Counted from the stretch's first letter, positions 11,525 to 27,996 are shown. The stretch: DNA of 64,000 nucleotides from an uncultured Enterobacterales bacterium (GCA_964599085.1 CAZRFD010000013.1:2369-66368), one strand, 5' to 3'. Notes: generated by a model from the letters alone, not told the origin. Program-made: numbers and translations.

Positions 11525-13513
11525 GTGATCCCTCTCCGCCGCCTGCTCGTCGCCGCGACCTTCGTCCTGCTCAGCACGGGGGGGCGCAACCGCAAGCCAC
11601 CGGCCGTACCGCCGCAGGTCCTCGCAGGACAGGTGGCGGCCGCGTCCGACCGGGCCGAGGGCATCGCGCAGCTCGAAGCGCTCGCCGCCGATCGCAGCCA
11701 GCCGGACCTGCAGCCCTGGGCACAGGTCTGGGCCGGTGAAGCTCGCCGCGTGGCCGGGGACGCCGACGTGGCCCGGGGCTGGTTCGAAGCCGCGGCGGGC
11801 GATCACCCCACCCACGTCGTCAAGGACGCCGCGATCCTGGGGATGGCGCTGGTCGACGCGCAAGCCCACATGACGGGCAACACGTTGGCGACACTGCAGC
11901 TCATGGACCCGGCCGTCGCGCCCGACACCATGCGGGCCGACCGCCTGCGCATCCTGGCCCGCACCGCTGCCAACGAGGGCACGCCCGGCAAGCGCGTGCG
12001 CGAGATGGCCGAGGAAGCGCTGCGGTGGGCGGCCGCGGACCCCGTCGTCGAACAGCGCGTCCGCCTCGTGCTCGCCGACCTGCTGCCCCGCGCCGACGGC
12101 AGCCGCCCCGACGCGGTCATGCGCATCGACCCCGAGACCGGCGACCCCCTCCCCCCGCAGGCCGTCGCCCTCGCAGCGGCCCGCGACGCCATGGCCCGCG
12201 ACGAGCTGGACGCCGTGATCCGCCAGGCCGACGCCCTGATCGCGAGCTGGCCCGACAGCGACGAAGCCGCGCAGGCCGGCTGGCTGAAGCAGCGGGCCGA
12301 GGCCGGCGACCCGACGGTGGCCGGCCGGGTCGGCGTGCTGCTGCCGCTGACCGGCGAGTACGCCCCGCCAGCCCAGCGCCTCCGCGACGCCATCACCCTG
12401 GCCAACGACCGCGCCGGCAAGCCGCTGGACCTGGTGTTTCGCGACACCGCCGGCGACCCCGACACGGCCCTGGATGCGGCGCGCGACCTGGTGCTCGCGC
12501 AGGGCTGCGTGGCGCTCATCGGCCCCCTGCACCGCGACGCCGTGGCCGCAGCCGCCCCTGCCGCCCAGGGCATGGGCGTCCCCATGGTCGCCCTGACGCA
12601 GTCCGGCGATCCGACGAAGGTGGGCGAGTACGTCTACCGGGGCTTCCTGTCGCTGGAGTCCCAGGTCGACGCCCTGCTGGACCACGCCACGGCCGCCCGT
12701 GGCTTCACCCGCTTCGCCGTGCTCCACCCCTCCAACGCCTATGGCGAGCAGGCCCGCGACCTGTTCGTGTCGGCGGCGGGCGCGCGGGGGGTCAGCGTCA
12801 CGCAGATCGTGTCCTACGACCCGACCGCCACCGACTTCCGCGAGCAGGCACAACAGCTCGGCCAGAAGGACTACGTCCAGCGCTCCGACGAGTACCGCAA
12901 GCTCAAGAAGGCGGCGGTCGAGCGCCACCAGGACCCCGACAAGGTCGTCCTGCCGCCCATCATCGACTTCGACGCGATCTTCATCCCCGACAACTACCGG
13001 CGGGCGGCCCTCGTCGCGAGCTCCCTGGCCTACGAAGAATTCCCCATCGGCGTGTTCCGCCCGCGCACGGGCGACGCCGGCGTCACCCTGCTCGGCCTCA
13101 ACGCCTGGAACAACGACGCGATCATCGAGTCCGGCGGCGAGTACATGCGCGACGCCGTGTTCGTGGACGCCTTCGACGCGGACGCCAACGACCCGGCGGT
13201 CGTCGCCTTCGTCGACGCCTACACGATGGCCTTCGAGCGCCGCCCCATCGTGCTCGATGCTGTCGCCTACGACGCCGCCAGCGTGCTGTCGGTGGCGGTC
13301 CAGGCCGGCGGACAGGACCGGGACGAGATCCGCAAGCAGCTCCACGACGTCCGGCTGATGACCCCGGTGACCGGCGCCGTCGGCTTCAACGACGCCCGCG
13401 AGGTCGACCGCAAGCTGCTGGTGCTGACCGTGGGCAGCGAACGCATCGAGCCCTGGGCCCCGCCCGAAGCCCTCCTCCCGCCCGAGGGCCTCCCCTCCGA
13501 CGGTTCGCCCTGA
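11525..13513 (+). CDS. exported TPR plus type-1 periplasmic-binding-fold protein (Leu/Ile/Val-binding / LpoA-like family)
   Basis: Start is GTG 11525. The N-terminus has a hydrophobic segment (LLVAATFVLLS). The C-terminal half reads ...ALIGPLHRDAV...VPMVALTQ...FAVLHPSNAYG..., typical of the Peripla_BP_6-type fold. Confidence 0.6.
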   Translation: MIPLRRLLVAATFVLLSTGGRNRKPPAVPPQVLAGQVAAASDRAEGIAQLEALAADRSQPDLQPWAQVWAGEARRVAGDADVARGWFEAAAGDHPTHVVKDAAILGMALVDAQAHMTGNTLATLQLMDPAVAPDTMRADRLRILARTAANEGTPGKRVREMAEEALRWAAADPVVEQRVRLVLADLLPRADGSRPDAVMRIDPETGDPLPPQAVALAAARDAMARDELDAVIRQADALIASWPDSDEAAQAGWLKQRAEAGDPTVAGRVGVLLPLTGEYAPPAQRLRDAITLANDRAGKPLDLVFRDTAGDPDTALDAARDLVLAQGCVALIGPLHRDAVAAAAPAAQGMGVPMVALTQSGDPTKVGEYVYRGFLSLESQVDALLDHATAARGFTRFAVLHPSNAYGEQARDLFVSAAGARGVSVTQIVSYDPTATDFREQAQQLGQKDYVQRSDEYRKLKKAAVERHQDPDKVVLPPIIDFDAIFIPDNYRRAALVASSLAYEEFPIGVFRPRTGDAGVTLLGLNAWNNDAIIESGGEYMRDAVFVDAFDADANDPAVVAFVDAYTMAFERRPIVLDAVAYDAASVLSVAVQAGGQDRDEIRKQLHDVRLMTPVTGAVGFNDAREVDRKLLVLTVGSERIEPWAPPEALLPPEGLPSDGSP

Positions 13514-13601
13514 TCCTCCCCCCCGACGACCCGCGCCTCGCCCTCCTGCCGCCGCAGGGGCGACTCCGCTGCGACCCGTGATAGCCTGCAAGTACGCACC
13601 G

Positions 13602-14570
13602 ATGGCCGGCGACCTGGACGAGAAACGCATCATCGAGCTGGTCCTCCAGCACGCACCGGACCGGGGCCGCCGACCGCTTCCCGCACATCCGGCCGCGCGG
13701 CCCGGCGACGACGCTGCCGTCACCGCTCCCCGCCAGGTGGTGACCTGCGACCTCATGGTGGAGGGCGTGCACTGGGACGATCGCAGCAGCGCCGCCGACG
13801 TCGGCTACAAGCTCGCCGCGGTCAACGCCTCGGACGTGGCCGCCATGGGCTGCCGCCCGGACTGGGCGGTGCTGATGCTCAGCCTGCCGAAGACACCCGA
13901 CCCGGCGTGGGTCGAGGGCTTCGCCCGTGGCCTGGGAGACGGACTGTCGCGCTTCGGTGCGCGCCTCGTCGGCGGCGACACCACGGCCAGCCCGGGGCCG
14001 CGCTTCGCCGGACTCACCATGGCCGGCAGCGGATCGACGATCATCGGACGGCACGGCGCCCGACCCGGTGACCAGCTCTGGGTCACCGGGACGCTCGGCG
14101 ACGCCGCCGCAGGCTTCTTCGACGACGACGCGGTCGGGCTGGCCTGGCTCCGCCGCCCCCTCCCCCCGGTCGACCTGGGGGCCGCGCTGGCGGACACCGG
14201 GCTGGTTCACGCCATGATGGACCTCTCCGACGGGCTGGCCCGGGACCTCCCTCGCCTGTGTCAGCGCAGCGGCGTCGGCGCCCTCGTCGACCCGCACGCG
14301 CTCCCCGCCGGCCCCACCGTCGCCGCCATGCCGCCGGCCCTCCGCCTGCAGCGACAGGTCGGCTTCGGCGACGACTACCAGCTCCTGTTTGCGGCCTCCG
14401 CGGCGTCGGAAGCCAGCATCCGCGGGCTGGGCGCAGCGCTCGGCGTGCCGCTGACGACCATCGGAGTGGTCCGGTCCACGCCGGACGTCATGCTCGACGG
14501 CGCGGCTTGGCCGGCGCCGAGCTTCGACCACTTCGGCTCCCCCGACCCTCGGCCGGGTGTCCCTGCATGA
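13602..14570 (+). CDS. thiL: thiamine-monophosphate kinase
   Basis: PurM/AIR-synthase-like motifs are present (GDDAAV, DLMVEGVHW, VGGDTT). ATG 13602 gives a ThiL-like N-terminus, with GTG 13578 as an alternative. Confidence 0.8.
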   Translation: MAGDLDEKRIIELVLQHAPDRGRRPLPAHPAARPGDDAAVTAPRQVVTCDLMVEGVHWDDRSSAADVGYKLAAVNASDVAAMGCRPDWAVLMLSLPKTPDPAWVEGFARGLGDGLSRFGARLVGGDTTASPGPRFAGLTMAGSGSTIIGRHGARPGDQLWVTGTLGDAAAGFFDDDAVGLAWLRRPLPPVDLGAALADTGLVHAMMDLSDGLARDLPRLCQRSGVGALVDPHALPAGPTVAAMPPALRLQRQVGFGDDYQLLFAASAASEASIRGLGAALGVPLTTIGVVRSTPDVMLDGAAWPAPSFDHFGSPDPRPGVPA

Positions 14571-15982
14571 CACCTGCTTGCTGGCCGGCCCTCCTGGGCC
14601 TCATCCCCGCGGCCGCCGCCCAGGCCCCCGAGGACACCCTCGACCTCGAAGCGGGTGCCGCGCAGCTCGACCCCACCGCGGCGGTCCTCATCGCCGTGGG
14701 CCTGCTCGTGCTCTCGGCCTTCTTCTCGGGCTCCGAGACCGCGCTCTTCAGCCTCCAGCCCATCGACCGCAAGGCCCTCACCCCCGAAGGCGACAGCCCG
14801 GTGGAGTCGCTGCTCCGCCAGCCCCGCCGCACGCTGGCGTCGCTGCTGATCGGCAACGAATTCGTCAACGTGCTGCTGTCGACCGTCACCGCCGGGCTCG
14901 TGCTGTCGCTCTTCCCCGGCAGGCCCTGGCTCAACGTCGTGCTGCTGGCCCCCCTGCTGCTTTTGTTCGGCGAGGTGCTCCCCAAGACGCTGGCCCTGCG
15001 ACTCAACCGCCGCGCCGCTCCCATCGTGGCGCCACCGCTGCTGCTGTTCTCCCGGCTGGTCACGCCGCTGCGCTGGGTGCTCACGCACATCGCCGAGCTC
15101 TTCCTGCTGACCACCGGCGGCGGTGGACTGCGCAAGGACGCCGCCCTGCAGGAAGCCCGCCTGCTGGAGCTGCTGGAGCAGGGGCGGGCATCGGGCGCGG
15201 TCGGCCAGATGGAAGAGGAGATGATCCAGAAGGTCTTCGAGTTCGGCGACCTCACCATCAGCCGCCTGATGACCCCGCGCCCCGACATCTTCTCGCTGTC
15301 GCTGACCACACCCTGGCCCGAGCTGGTCGACGAGCTGCGACGCCACGGCCAGAGCCGCGTCCCCATCTGGCAGGGGCGTCCCGACAACATCATCGGCCTG
15401 CTCATGGTCAAGGACCTGCTCCCACACCTCGCCGCTCGCCTGCGCGAAGCCGACAGCTCCGAGGGCGACCCACGCGACCTCCCCCTCACCACCCGACAGC
15501 TCCAGAAGATCCTCCATCCCGCCCACTTCGTCCCCACCAGCAAGCGGGCAGAGGACATGCTCGCCGAGTTCCGCGAGCAGAAGTTCCACATGGCCATCGT
15601 CGTCGACGAGCACGGCAACGTCGCCGGGCTCGTCACGCTGGACGACCTGCTCGCCGAGCTGGTCGGGGAGCTGCTCGACGAGGTGGACGAGCTGGCGGAC
15701 GAGGTCACCCAGGTCGTCGAGGGCGTCTTCAACGTGCGCGGCAACATGGACGTCGACGACTTCGCCGAGCGCTTCGGCGTGACCCTGCCGGAGGGCGAGT
15801 ACGACACCGTGGCGGGCTTCGTGCTCGACCGGGCGGGCACCGTGCCCGACAAGGGCGACGAGCTGGAGTGGGAGGGCCTGTCGTTCACGGTGCGGGACCT
15901 CGAAGGCAAGCGCATCACCGAGCTCTGCGTGCGGCTCCCCGATGCTGCAGGGGCAGGCGGCGACGAGGAGACCGCCTCGTGA
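14567..15982 (+). CDS. CNNM/DUF21-CBS-CorC_HlyC family membrane protein (hemolysin/Mg-Co efflux-like)
   Basis: The ATG overlaps the thiL stop (ATGA). The protein has a DUF21 transmembrane region with FFSGSETALFS, a CBS pair and a CorC_HlyC C-terminal domain. Confidence 0.85.
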   Translation: MTPACWPALLGLIPAAAAQAPEDTLDLEAGAAQLDPTAAVLIAVGLLVLSAFFSGSETALFSLQPIDRKALTPEGDSPVESLLRQPRRTLASLLIGNEFVNVLLSTVTAGLVLSLFPGRPWLNVVLLAPLLLLFGEVLPKTLALRLNRRAAPIVAPPLLLFSRLVTPLRWVLTHIAELFLLTTGGGGLRKDAALQEARLLELLEQGRASGAVGQMEEEMIQKVFEFGDLTISRLMTPRPDIFSLSLTTPWPELVDELRRHGQSRVPIWQGRPDNIIGLLMVKDLLPHLAARLREADSSEGDPRDLPLTTRQLQKILHPAHFVPTSKRAEDMLAEFREQKFHMAIVVDEHGNVAGLVTLDDLLAELVGELLDEVDELADEVTQVVEGVFNVRGNMDVDDFAERFGVTLPEGEYDTVAGFVLDRAGTVPDKGDELEWEGLSFTVRDLEGKRITELCVRLPDAAGAGGDEETAS

Positions 15983-17205
15983 CGACCTCGCTGCTCCTGT
16001 CCCTGCTGGTGCTCTGCGTCCTGTCCGAGGGCTTCTTCTCGGGCAGCGAGATCTCGGTCGTGAGCGCGGATCGCCTCAGCCTGCGGGCCGCCGCCGACCA
16101 GGGCGGTCGGGGTGCGGCGCTGGCGCTGCGCCTGCTGGAGCGTCCCACCTGGCTGCTCGGCACCTGCCTCATCGGCACCAACCTCTCGACCATCAGCGGC
16201 GCGACCATCGCCGCCATCCTGGTCTCTCGCCTGCTGTCGCTGCCCGAAGCCGCCGCCGTCCTGTTCTTCTGGCCCATCACGCTGACCTTCGGCGAGCTGG
16301 TCCCCAAGGCGCTGTTCCAGCACCACGCCAGCCGCATCACGCCGATCGTCGTCTTCCCGCTGCGCGCGCTCACCTACGTGTTCGCCCCAGCGCTCTGGGT
16401 CTTCGAGTCGATCAGCCGCGCCCTGGGCGCCGAAGACGACGGCGCCAAGCCCGCCGTGACCCGAGAAGAGATCCGCCTGCTGCTCGAAGCCCCGCAGGAG
16501 GAGGGCGCCGACATCCGCCCCGCCGAGCAGGCGTTGATCAAGCGCGTCTTCCAGTTCACAGAGTCCGACGTCGAAGACGCCATGGTGCCCCTCATCGAGG
16601 TCGTCGCCGTCCCGGCCAGCACGCCGGTGGCCCAGGTCGCCCGGAGGATGGCGATCAGCGGGCTGTCGCGCCTGCCCGTCTACCGCGACCGCATCGACCA
16701 GATCATCGGCCTCGTGCTGCACCAGGACGTGCTCGCGGCCGGCGACTGGACGGCCCCCGTCCAGAGCGTCATGCGGCAGGTCATGTTCGTCCCCGAGTCC
16801 AAGCAGGTCGACGAGCTGCTGGTCGAGATGCGTCGCCAGCGAGCCCACATGGCGGTGGCGGTGGACGAGTACGGGGGTGCCGTCGGGATCATCACGGTCG
16901 AGGATCTCCTCGAGGAGATCGTCGGCGAGATCGAAGACGAGAGCGATCGGACGCGCGACCTGGTCCGGCGCGTTGGCGAGCGGGAGTGGGCCGCCAGCGG
17001 GCGGGCCGAGCGGGAACACCTCGAGCAGAGCTGTGGCCTCAGCCTGCCCGACGGGGACTTCGAGACCCTGGCCGGCTACATCCTCAGCGTGCTGGGGAGG
17101 GTGCCGCGGACCGGCGAATTCGTGAGCCTCGACGACTTCGTGCTCACGGTCAGCAAGGCCAACGACCGGGCGATTCTCGAGGTGATGCTGCGCAACCGGC
17201 GCTGA
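15979..17205 (+). CDS. second CNNM/DUF21-CBS-CorC_HlyC family membrane protein (tandem paralog)
   Basis: The GTG overlaps the upstream stop (GTGA). The motif FFSGSEISVVS is present and the architecture matches the upstream gene. Confidence 0.85.
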   Translation: MTTSLLLSLLVLCVLSEGFFSGSEISVVSADRLSLRAAADQGGRGAALALRLLERPTWLLGTCLIGTNLSTISGATIAAILVSRLLSLPEAAAVLFFWPITLTFGELVPKALFQHHASRITPIVVFPLRALTYVFAPALWVFESISRALGAEDDGAKPAVTREEIRLLLEAPQEEGADIRPAEQALIKRVFQFTESDVEDAMVPLIEVVAVPASTPVAQVARRMAISGLSRLPVYRDRIDQIIGLVLHQDVLAAGDWTAPVQSVMRQVMFVPESKQVDELLVEMRRQRAHMAVAVDEYGGAVGIITVEDLLEEIVGEIEDESDRTRDLVRRVGEREWAASGRAEREHLEQSCGLSLPDGDFETLAGYILSVLGRVPRTGEFVSLDDFVLTVSKANDRAILEVMLRNRR

Positions 17206-17360
17206 CCTCCCGCCAGCGCACGCGTCCGCGCGACATCGGCGGCGGTGGGTGCCCACCGGGGCGGTCGCGCAGCCGGCCCGGGATCGCGCTAGGATCTCGC
17301 CCGACGAACAGGTTCACGACCACGACCGCACCCGGGGCGGTCGCACCGCAGGAGTCGACC

Positions 17361-18533
17361 GTGCAGGCCATCGAGCTCATCGCAGACTGGGATCCCCGCC
17401 CCGGCTACGACATCACCGACGTCGAGAAGGCCTCGGGCAAGGCCACCATGGCCTGCCACGTGTTCCGCAACCCGCGGCTGGAGGAACACCGCGTGGCCGA
17501 TCCCACCCCCGGCCACGGCGAGGTCGTCGTGAAGATCCGGGGCTGCGGGGTCTGCGGCAGCGACACCCACAGCATCGAGACCGACGCCGACGGCTACATG
17601 ATCTTCTCGGGGCCGGCCAGCTTCCCCTGCATCCTCGGCCACGAGTACGCCGGAGAAGTGGTGGAGGTCGGCCCCGGCGTGCGCGAGCTGAAGCGCGGGG
17701 ACCTCGTCACCGCCGAGGGCATGCTGTACTGCGGCGTCTGCGAAGCCTGCCGCAAGGGCCTGTTCAACCAGTGCGTGCGCCTCGACATGGTCGGCTTCAG
17801 CAGCCCGGGCGCCTACGCGCAGTACATCTCCGTGCACGAGAAGCACTGCTGGAACCTCGGTGCTCTGGCAGACCGTCTCGGTAGCGCCCAGGCGGCCTGT
17901 GAGCAGGGCGCCCTGGTCGAGCCGGTCGGCTGCTCCTTCAACGGGATGTTCGTCGCCGCCGGCGGCATGCTCCCCGGCAGCCACGTCGCGGTCTTCGGCT
18001 GCGGCCCCATCGGCCTGGGCGCCGTGGCGCTGGCCCGGGCGACGGGTGCTGCGACCATCGTCGCCTTCGACCTGTCGGCGCCCCGCCTGCAGTCGGCCCG
18101 TGACCTCGGCGCCGACGAAGCCTGGGACGTGCGCGAGCTCGCCGCCCAGGGCGGCAGCCCGGCCGACGTGATGCGCCGCATCAGCGGCGGCTGGGGCAGC
18201 GACATGGTGGTGGAGGCCGCCGGTGCCGCGGTGCAGACCATGCCCGAGATCGAACAAGCCCTCGCCCCCGCCGCCAAGGTCGTCTACCTGGGCCGCACCG
18301 GTGAACGCGCCCCCGTGATGCTGGATGTCCTGGTCAGCGGGGCGTCCAGCATCGTCGGCGCCCGCGGGCACGCCGGCGGCGGGGTCTACCCCCACATCAT
18401 CCGGATGATGGAGCACGGCGTGCTCGACATCGGCGGCATGATCAGCCACCGCATGCCGCTGTCGGACGCCGCCGCCGCTGTGGAACGCTCCCGGACACGA
18501 GAAGACAGCAAGATCATGCTCGTTGTCGACTGA
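17361..18533 (+). CDS. zinc-dependent medium-chain alcohol/polyol dehydrogenase
   Basis: GHEYAGEVVEVG is the catalytic zinc motif and CGVCEACRKGLFNQC is the structural zinc loop. A Rossmann motif GCGPIGLGA is present. GTG 17361 is preceded by GGAG. Confidence 0.85.
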   Translation: MQAIELIADWDPRPGYDITDVEKASGKATMACHVFRNPRLEEHRVADPTPGHGEVVVKIRGCGVCGSDTHSIETDADGYMIFSGPASFPCILGHEYAGEVVEVGPGVRELKRGDLVTAEGMLYCGVCEACRKGLFNQCVRLDMVGFSSPGAYAQYISVHEKHCWNLGALADRLGSAQAACEQGALVEPVGCSFNGMFVAAGGMLPGSHVAVFGCGPIGLGAVALARATGAATIVAFDLSAPRLQSARDLGADEAWDVRELAAQGGSPADVMRRISGGWGSDMVVEAAGAAVQTMPEIEQALAPAAKVVYLGRTGERAPVMLDVLVSGASSIVGARGHAGGGVYPHIIRMMEHGVLDIGGMISHRMPLSDAAAAVERSRTREDSKIMLVVD

Positions 18534-18603
18534 GTGCCGGACGGCGATCCGGTCGCCGCGACAGCGCCGCGGTGGCTCCGGCCACGCCCCCGCAGCGCCC
18601 CGT

Positions 18604-19116
18604 TCAGAGGCTGCGCTTGGGGCGCTCCGCCGGGTCGCGTGACGAATCCTCACCGTCGCTGACAGCGTCGACGACGGGACGCAGCTCGAACACGCGGACG
18701 AGCAGTTCTTCGAGCCCCTTGTCGAACAAGGGCCGGACAGCGCCATGCGGTGGGTACAGCCCCCACCGGGCGAGCTCGTCGTTGAACTCGAGCCGCCAGC
18801 CGTCGCGCAAGCCGTCACCGCTCACGGTGACACCCTCGCCCTCTTCCGGCACGGCGAAGCGCAGGCTGCGGTCCCCCAGTCGGATGACGACGAGGGCGCT
18901 GTTGGCGGTGACGTCGGCGTGCCCCAGCGCCGTCCCGAAGCCCTCCAGGTCAGCCAGCAGCTCTCGGCGCGCCTGCTCGACCCGCGCCTTGCGGCGACGC
19001 TCCTGGTCGGCCGCGCGCCGACCGGCCGCCGCGCGGGCGTCGAGCGCGGCCCGGAAGCGCTGCGCCAGCCCGCGCCCGCGTCCGCCCCCGCCACCGTCCC
19101 GCTGCCCTCCGGCCAT
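18604..19116 (-). CDS. hypothetical protein (170 aa)
   Basis: The ORF has high GC3, an ATG start and a Gly/Arg-rich N-terminus. It is transcribed divergently from the Hsp70 paralog. No domain was recognised. Confidence 0.5.
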   Translation of the reverse strand: MAGGQRDGGGGGRGRGLAQRFRAALDARAAAGRRAADQERRRKARVEQARRELLADLEGFGTALGHADVTANSALVVIRLGDRSLRFAVPEEGEGVTVSGDGLRDGWRLEFNDELARWGLYPPHGAVRPLFDKGLEELLVRVFELRPVVDAVSDGEDSSRDPAERPKRSL

Positions 19117-19263
19117 CGATCCTCCGCCTGCACAGCGCGGGACCGCGCCGATCAGCGCGTGTGCCCGGCACCGCCCTGGCTAACGCGACGAGCGCCTGTT
19201 TGACGGGCTCTTTCGGTGCATGGTAGGAAAGCAGCCGCTTCGGACTCCAGAGGAATCACCCGC

Positions 19264-21189
<1,926 letters not shown>

Positions 21190-21209
21190 CCGGCCGCCCG
21201 GCGTTCCCC

Positions 21210-21992
21210 ATGAAGCTCGACGAGGTCGTGGTCGTCATGGTGCGTCCGCGTGGGTCACGCAACGTGGGCATGGCCGCGCGCGCCATCGCCAACCACGGCC
21301 TCGCCGGGCTGGTCCTGGTCGCACCAGCGGCCTTCGACCCCGACCAGGCCCGCTGGATGGCGCCGGGCGCCCACGATGTGGTCGACGCCGCCCGCATCGT
21401 CGCCACGGTGGAAGACGCCGTCGCCGACCGCCGGCTCGTCGTCGGGACCACCGCCCGACGGCGTCGCTTCCGCTGGCCGGTCTGGAGCCCAGCACAGCTC
21501 GCCGACCAGGTCCTCGACGGTCACGGACCCGCGGCCATCCTGTTCGGCCCCGAACACTCCGGCCTGTCCAACGACGACCTCGCGTGCTGCCACGGCCTGC
21601 TGAGCCTGCCGACGACCGACACCAGCTCGCTCAACCTCGCCCAGGCCATCACGGTCACCGCCCACGCTCTCCGCACCCGCCTCGCCGAGCGCCGGGCCGA
21701 CCCGCTACCCCCGCCCTCCTCTGCCACCACCGGCACCGTCGCCGGCCTCGCCGACGACGCGACCGACGTGCTGCGCCGGGGGGGCTACCTCGCCGGGCGC
21801 AGCGCAGAGCAGGTCCGCGGCACGCTGTTCCGAATGCTGGCCCGCGTCGACGTGACCCGCGCCGAGGCCGGCGTGCTCCGCGGGATGCTCCGGCAGGTCC
21901 GGTGGACCCTGGAACACCCGGCCGAGGTGCTCCAGCGGCGGAGCGCTCCGCCCCCTGCCGGCGCAGGCGGCGCGCCGTCTGACGACGGCTGA
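21210..21992 (+). CDS. SpoU/TrmH-class RNA 2'-O-methyltransferase (TrmJ-like)
   Basis: VRPRGSRNVGMAARA..., ...ILFGPEHSGLSNDDL... and ...LNLAQAITV... match the three SPOUT motifs. Confidence 0.75.
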   Translation: MKLDEVVVVMVRPRGSRNVGMAARAIANHGLAGLVLVAPAAFDPDQARWMAPGAHDVVDAARIVATVEDAVADRRLVVGTTARRRRFRWPVWSPAQLADQVLDGHGPAAILFGPEHSGLSNDDLACCHGLLSLPTTDTSSLNLAQAITVTAHALRTRLAERRADPLPPPSSATTGTVAGLADDATDVLRRGGYLAGRSAEQVRGTLFRMLARVDVTRAEAGVLRGMLRQVRWTLEHPAEVLQRRSAPPPAGAGGAPSDDG

Positions 21993-22005
21993 CAGCGGCC
22001 GCCGC

Positions 22006-26141
<4,136 letters not shown>

Positions 26142-26220
26142 GGGCGCACCGCGGAGGAGGCTGCGTGGAGCCGGGGGAGTGCCATCGAGGGGGCCGAGCA
26201 GGGCTGGGACCCCACATGAG

Positions 26221-26249
26221 AGGGTAGGTCAGCAACCTTGCCATGTCAA
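26221..26249 (-). promoter_or_regulatory. candidate sigma70-type promoter for the 25068-26141 gene
   Basis: On the minus strand: TTGACA (26249-26244), a 17-nt spacer, then TACCCT (26226-26221). It sits in an unusually A/T-rich patch about 80 nt upstream of the ATG. Confidence 0.45.
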
Positions 26250-26304
26250 TACTATCTATGTGGTGATACGTGAGCTTTCCCACGCGACGCGATAGGCTGT
26301 CGTC

Positions 26305-27996
26305 ATGGAAGGCAGGCGCTCCCGGGCCGACCTCGTGCCCAACGCCAACAACCCGCGGCTCCTGCTGCGACTGCTGGGCTTCGTCGCCACGGGGGTCCGG
26401 CGCCCCGCCGCCCTCGCCGAGCTGCTCGAGGTCGAGCTGCGCACGGTGCACTACTACACCCAGGCCGGCGAGTGGCTGGGCCTGCTCCGGGCCGACGGCG
26501 AGCTGCGGCTGAGCCCGCGCGGGCTCGCCCTCGTCTACGCCGACCCCGACACCCAGGCAGCCCTCTACGCCGAGGCGGTCTGGGCCAACCCGCTGGCCGC
26601 CGAGGTCCTCGGCACGGGCGACGAGCTCCCCGACCTCGCGACGACGACCGCCATCGTCCAGGCCCGTCAGCCCAGGCTCTCCCCTGCCACGGCGCGCCGC
26701 CGCGCCGGTGCCCTCCGGGGGCTGCTCCAGCCCGCCCTCCTCCACAAGCCCCACCGCCGCACACCGCGCGGCGACCAGCTCACGCTGCCCTTCCCGCGCG
26801 CCCTTGCTGTCGACGCCGATGCCTCGGTCGACCTCCGCGCTGGCGCGGACGAGAGCCCTGACGTCTACCGCCGCCTGCTGGTCGCCCTCCTCGACCACGG
26901 GGAGCTGTCGACAGGCAACATCCGCGCCCTGCTCGACGGCATGGGGGCCCCAGCGGCCGCGCTGGGAGCCTACGTCGACATGGCCACCCGGCGGGCGGAC
27001 GCCGTCCGGGTCGAGGAGCGCCTCGTCGCCACCGCCGGCGCCACGCGCCGACGCGAGGTCACCGAAGACAGCGTCCTCGTCGCCCTCACCGACCCCCTCT
27101 ACCGCGAGTACCTGACCCTGCTCGACGACGCCGCGGCCGCGCTGCAGCGCACCGCGGCCGGCAAGGCCACGCCCGACGACGCCCGCCTGCGCGCCCGCCT
27201 CACTCCGCTTGCCCGCCGCTTCGCCTCCTGGGACCAGCGCATCTTCGGGCGGCGCCTGCAGCCCGGAGAGGTGGACGCGGCGGTCGGCGGGCTGCTCGTC
27301 GGACGGCGCCTGCAGGGCCTGCCGGTCGCCGGCGACCCCGGTCCCGAGCACCCGGTCACGGAGGGCCCCTTCATCGACCTCCTCGATGTCGCGGGGCTGC
27401 CCATCGCGCTGCCGCGCGCCCTGGTCGGCCTGCACGGGGGTGTGGCCACCGTCAACCGCCGCCTCCGCACCGACCGCGAGGCCCCCGCCGGGGTGCGCCT
27501 GCCCGGCCCCGTCGATCGACGGCTGCGGATCCACGGCGGCCTCATCGCCGCCGGGGAGAACCTCCCCCGGGCGATCCCCGACAACCTCAGCCTGCGGCTG
27601 CGGGCCCTCACCCACGTCCCGGCCCTGTCGCTGCTCGGAAGCCTGCTGCTGGCCGGCCGCCGCGGTGCCGGGCGCCCGGTCGTCCGGGCCGGCGCAGAGC
27701 AGGATCCCCTCGTCGTCCAGCTCCGGGGACGCTCGCTCGGGTCCGTCGTCGAGCTGTTCGGGGCCCTGTGCGACGACCAGGGCTGGCGGCTGATCCATCC
27801 GAGCTGCGAGGGGCTGGGCAGCGCCGAGCTCGGCGCGCTCGCGGTGGACCTGGGCATCGCGGTGCGCGCCGCCGGCCGCCTGCTGCTGGAGGAGAAGCTG
27901 TTCGCACGGCTGCAGGACGACCCCGAGTGCCGGCTGGTCTACGACGCGATGCTGCCGCTGGAGGATCGCTTCATGGGGCTGCTGACCGGCCCCTGA
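26305..27996 (+). CDS. hypothetical 563-aa protein with an N-terminal winged-helix/HTH-like region
   Basis: Start is ATG 26305. Nearly all codons end in G/C, whereas the overlapping 953-aa antisense ORF has junk-like Gly/Arg/Gln composition. The N-terminus reads ...LLRLLGFVATGVRRPAALAELLEVELRTVHYYTQAGEWLGLL... Confidence 0.6.
   Translation: MEGRRSRADLVPNANNPRLLLRLLGFVATGVRRPAALAELLEVELRTVHYYTQAGEWLGLLRADGELRLSPRGLALVYADPDTQAALYAEAVWANPLAAEVLGTGDELPDLATTTAIVQARQPRLSPATARRRAGALRGLLQPALLHKPHRRTPRGDQLTLPFPRALAVDADASVDLRAGADESPDVYRRLLVALLDHGELSTGNIRALLDGMGAPAAALGAYVDMATRRADAVRVEERLVATAGATRRREVTEDSVLVALTDPLYREYLTLLDDAAAALQRTAAGKATPDDARLRARLTPLARRFASWDQRIFGRRLQPGEVDAAVGGLLVGRRLQGLPVAGDPGPEHPVTEGPFIDLLDVAGLPIALPRALVGLHGGVATVNRRLRTDREAPAGVRLPGPVDRRLRIHGGLIAAGENLPRAIPDNLSLRLRALTHVPALSLLGSLLLAGRRGAGRPVVRAGAEQDPLVVQLRGRSLGSVVELFGALCDDQGWRLIHPSCEGLGSAELGALAVDLGIAVRAAGRLLLEEKLFARLQDDPECRLVYDAMLPLEDRFMGLLTGP

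Noticed and set aside
13514-13601. A possible TPP riboswitch upstream of thiL.
   Set aside because: The spacer is too short and lacks the conserved CUGAGA/ACCUGA-type elements. thiL is also not a typical TPP-riboswitch target.
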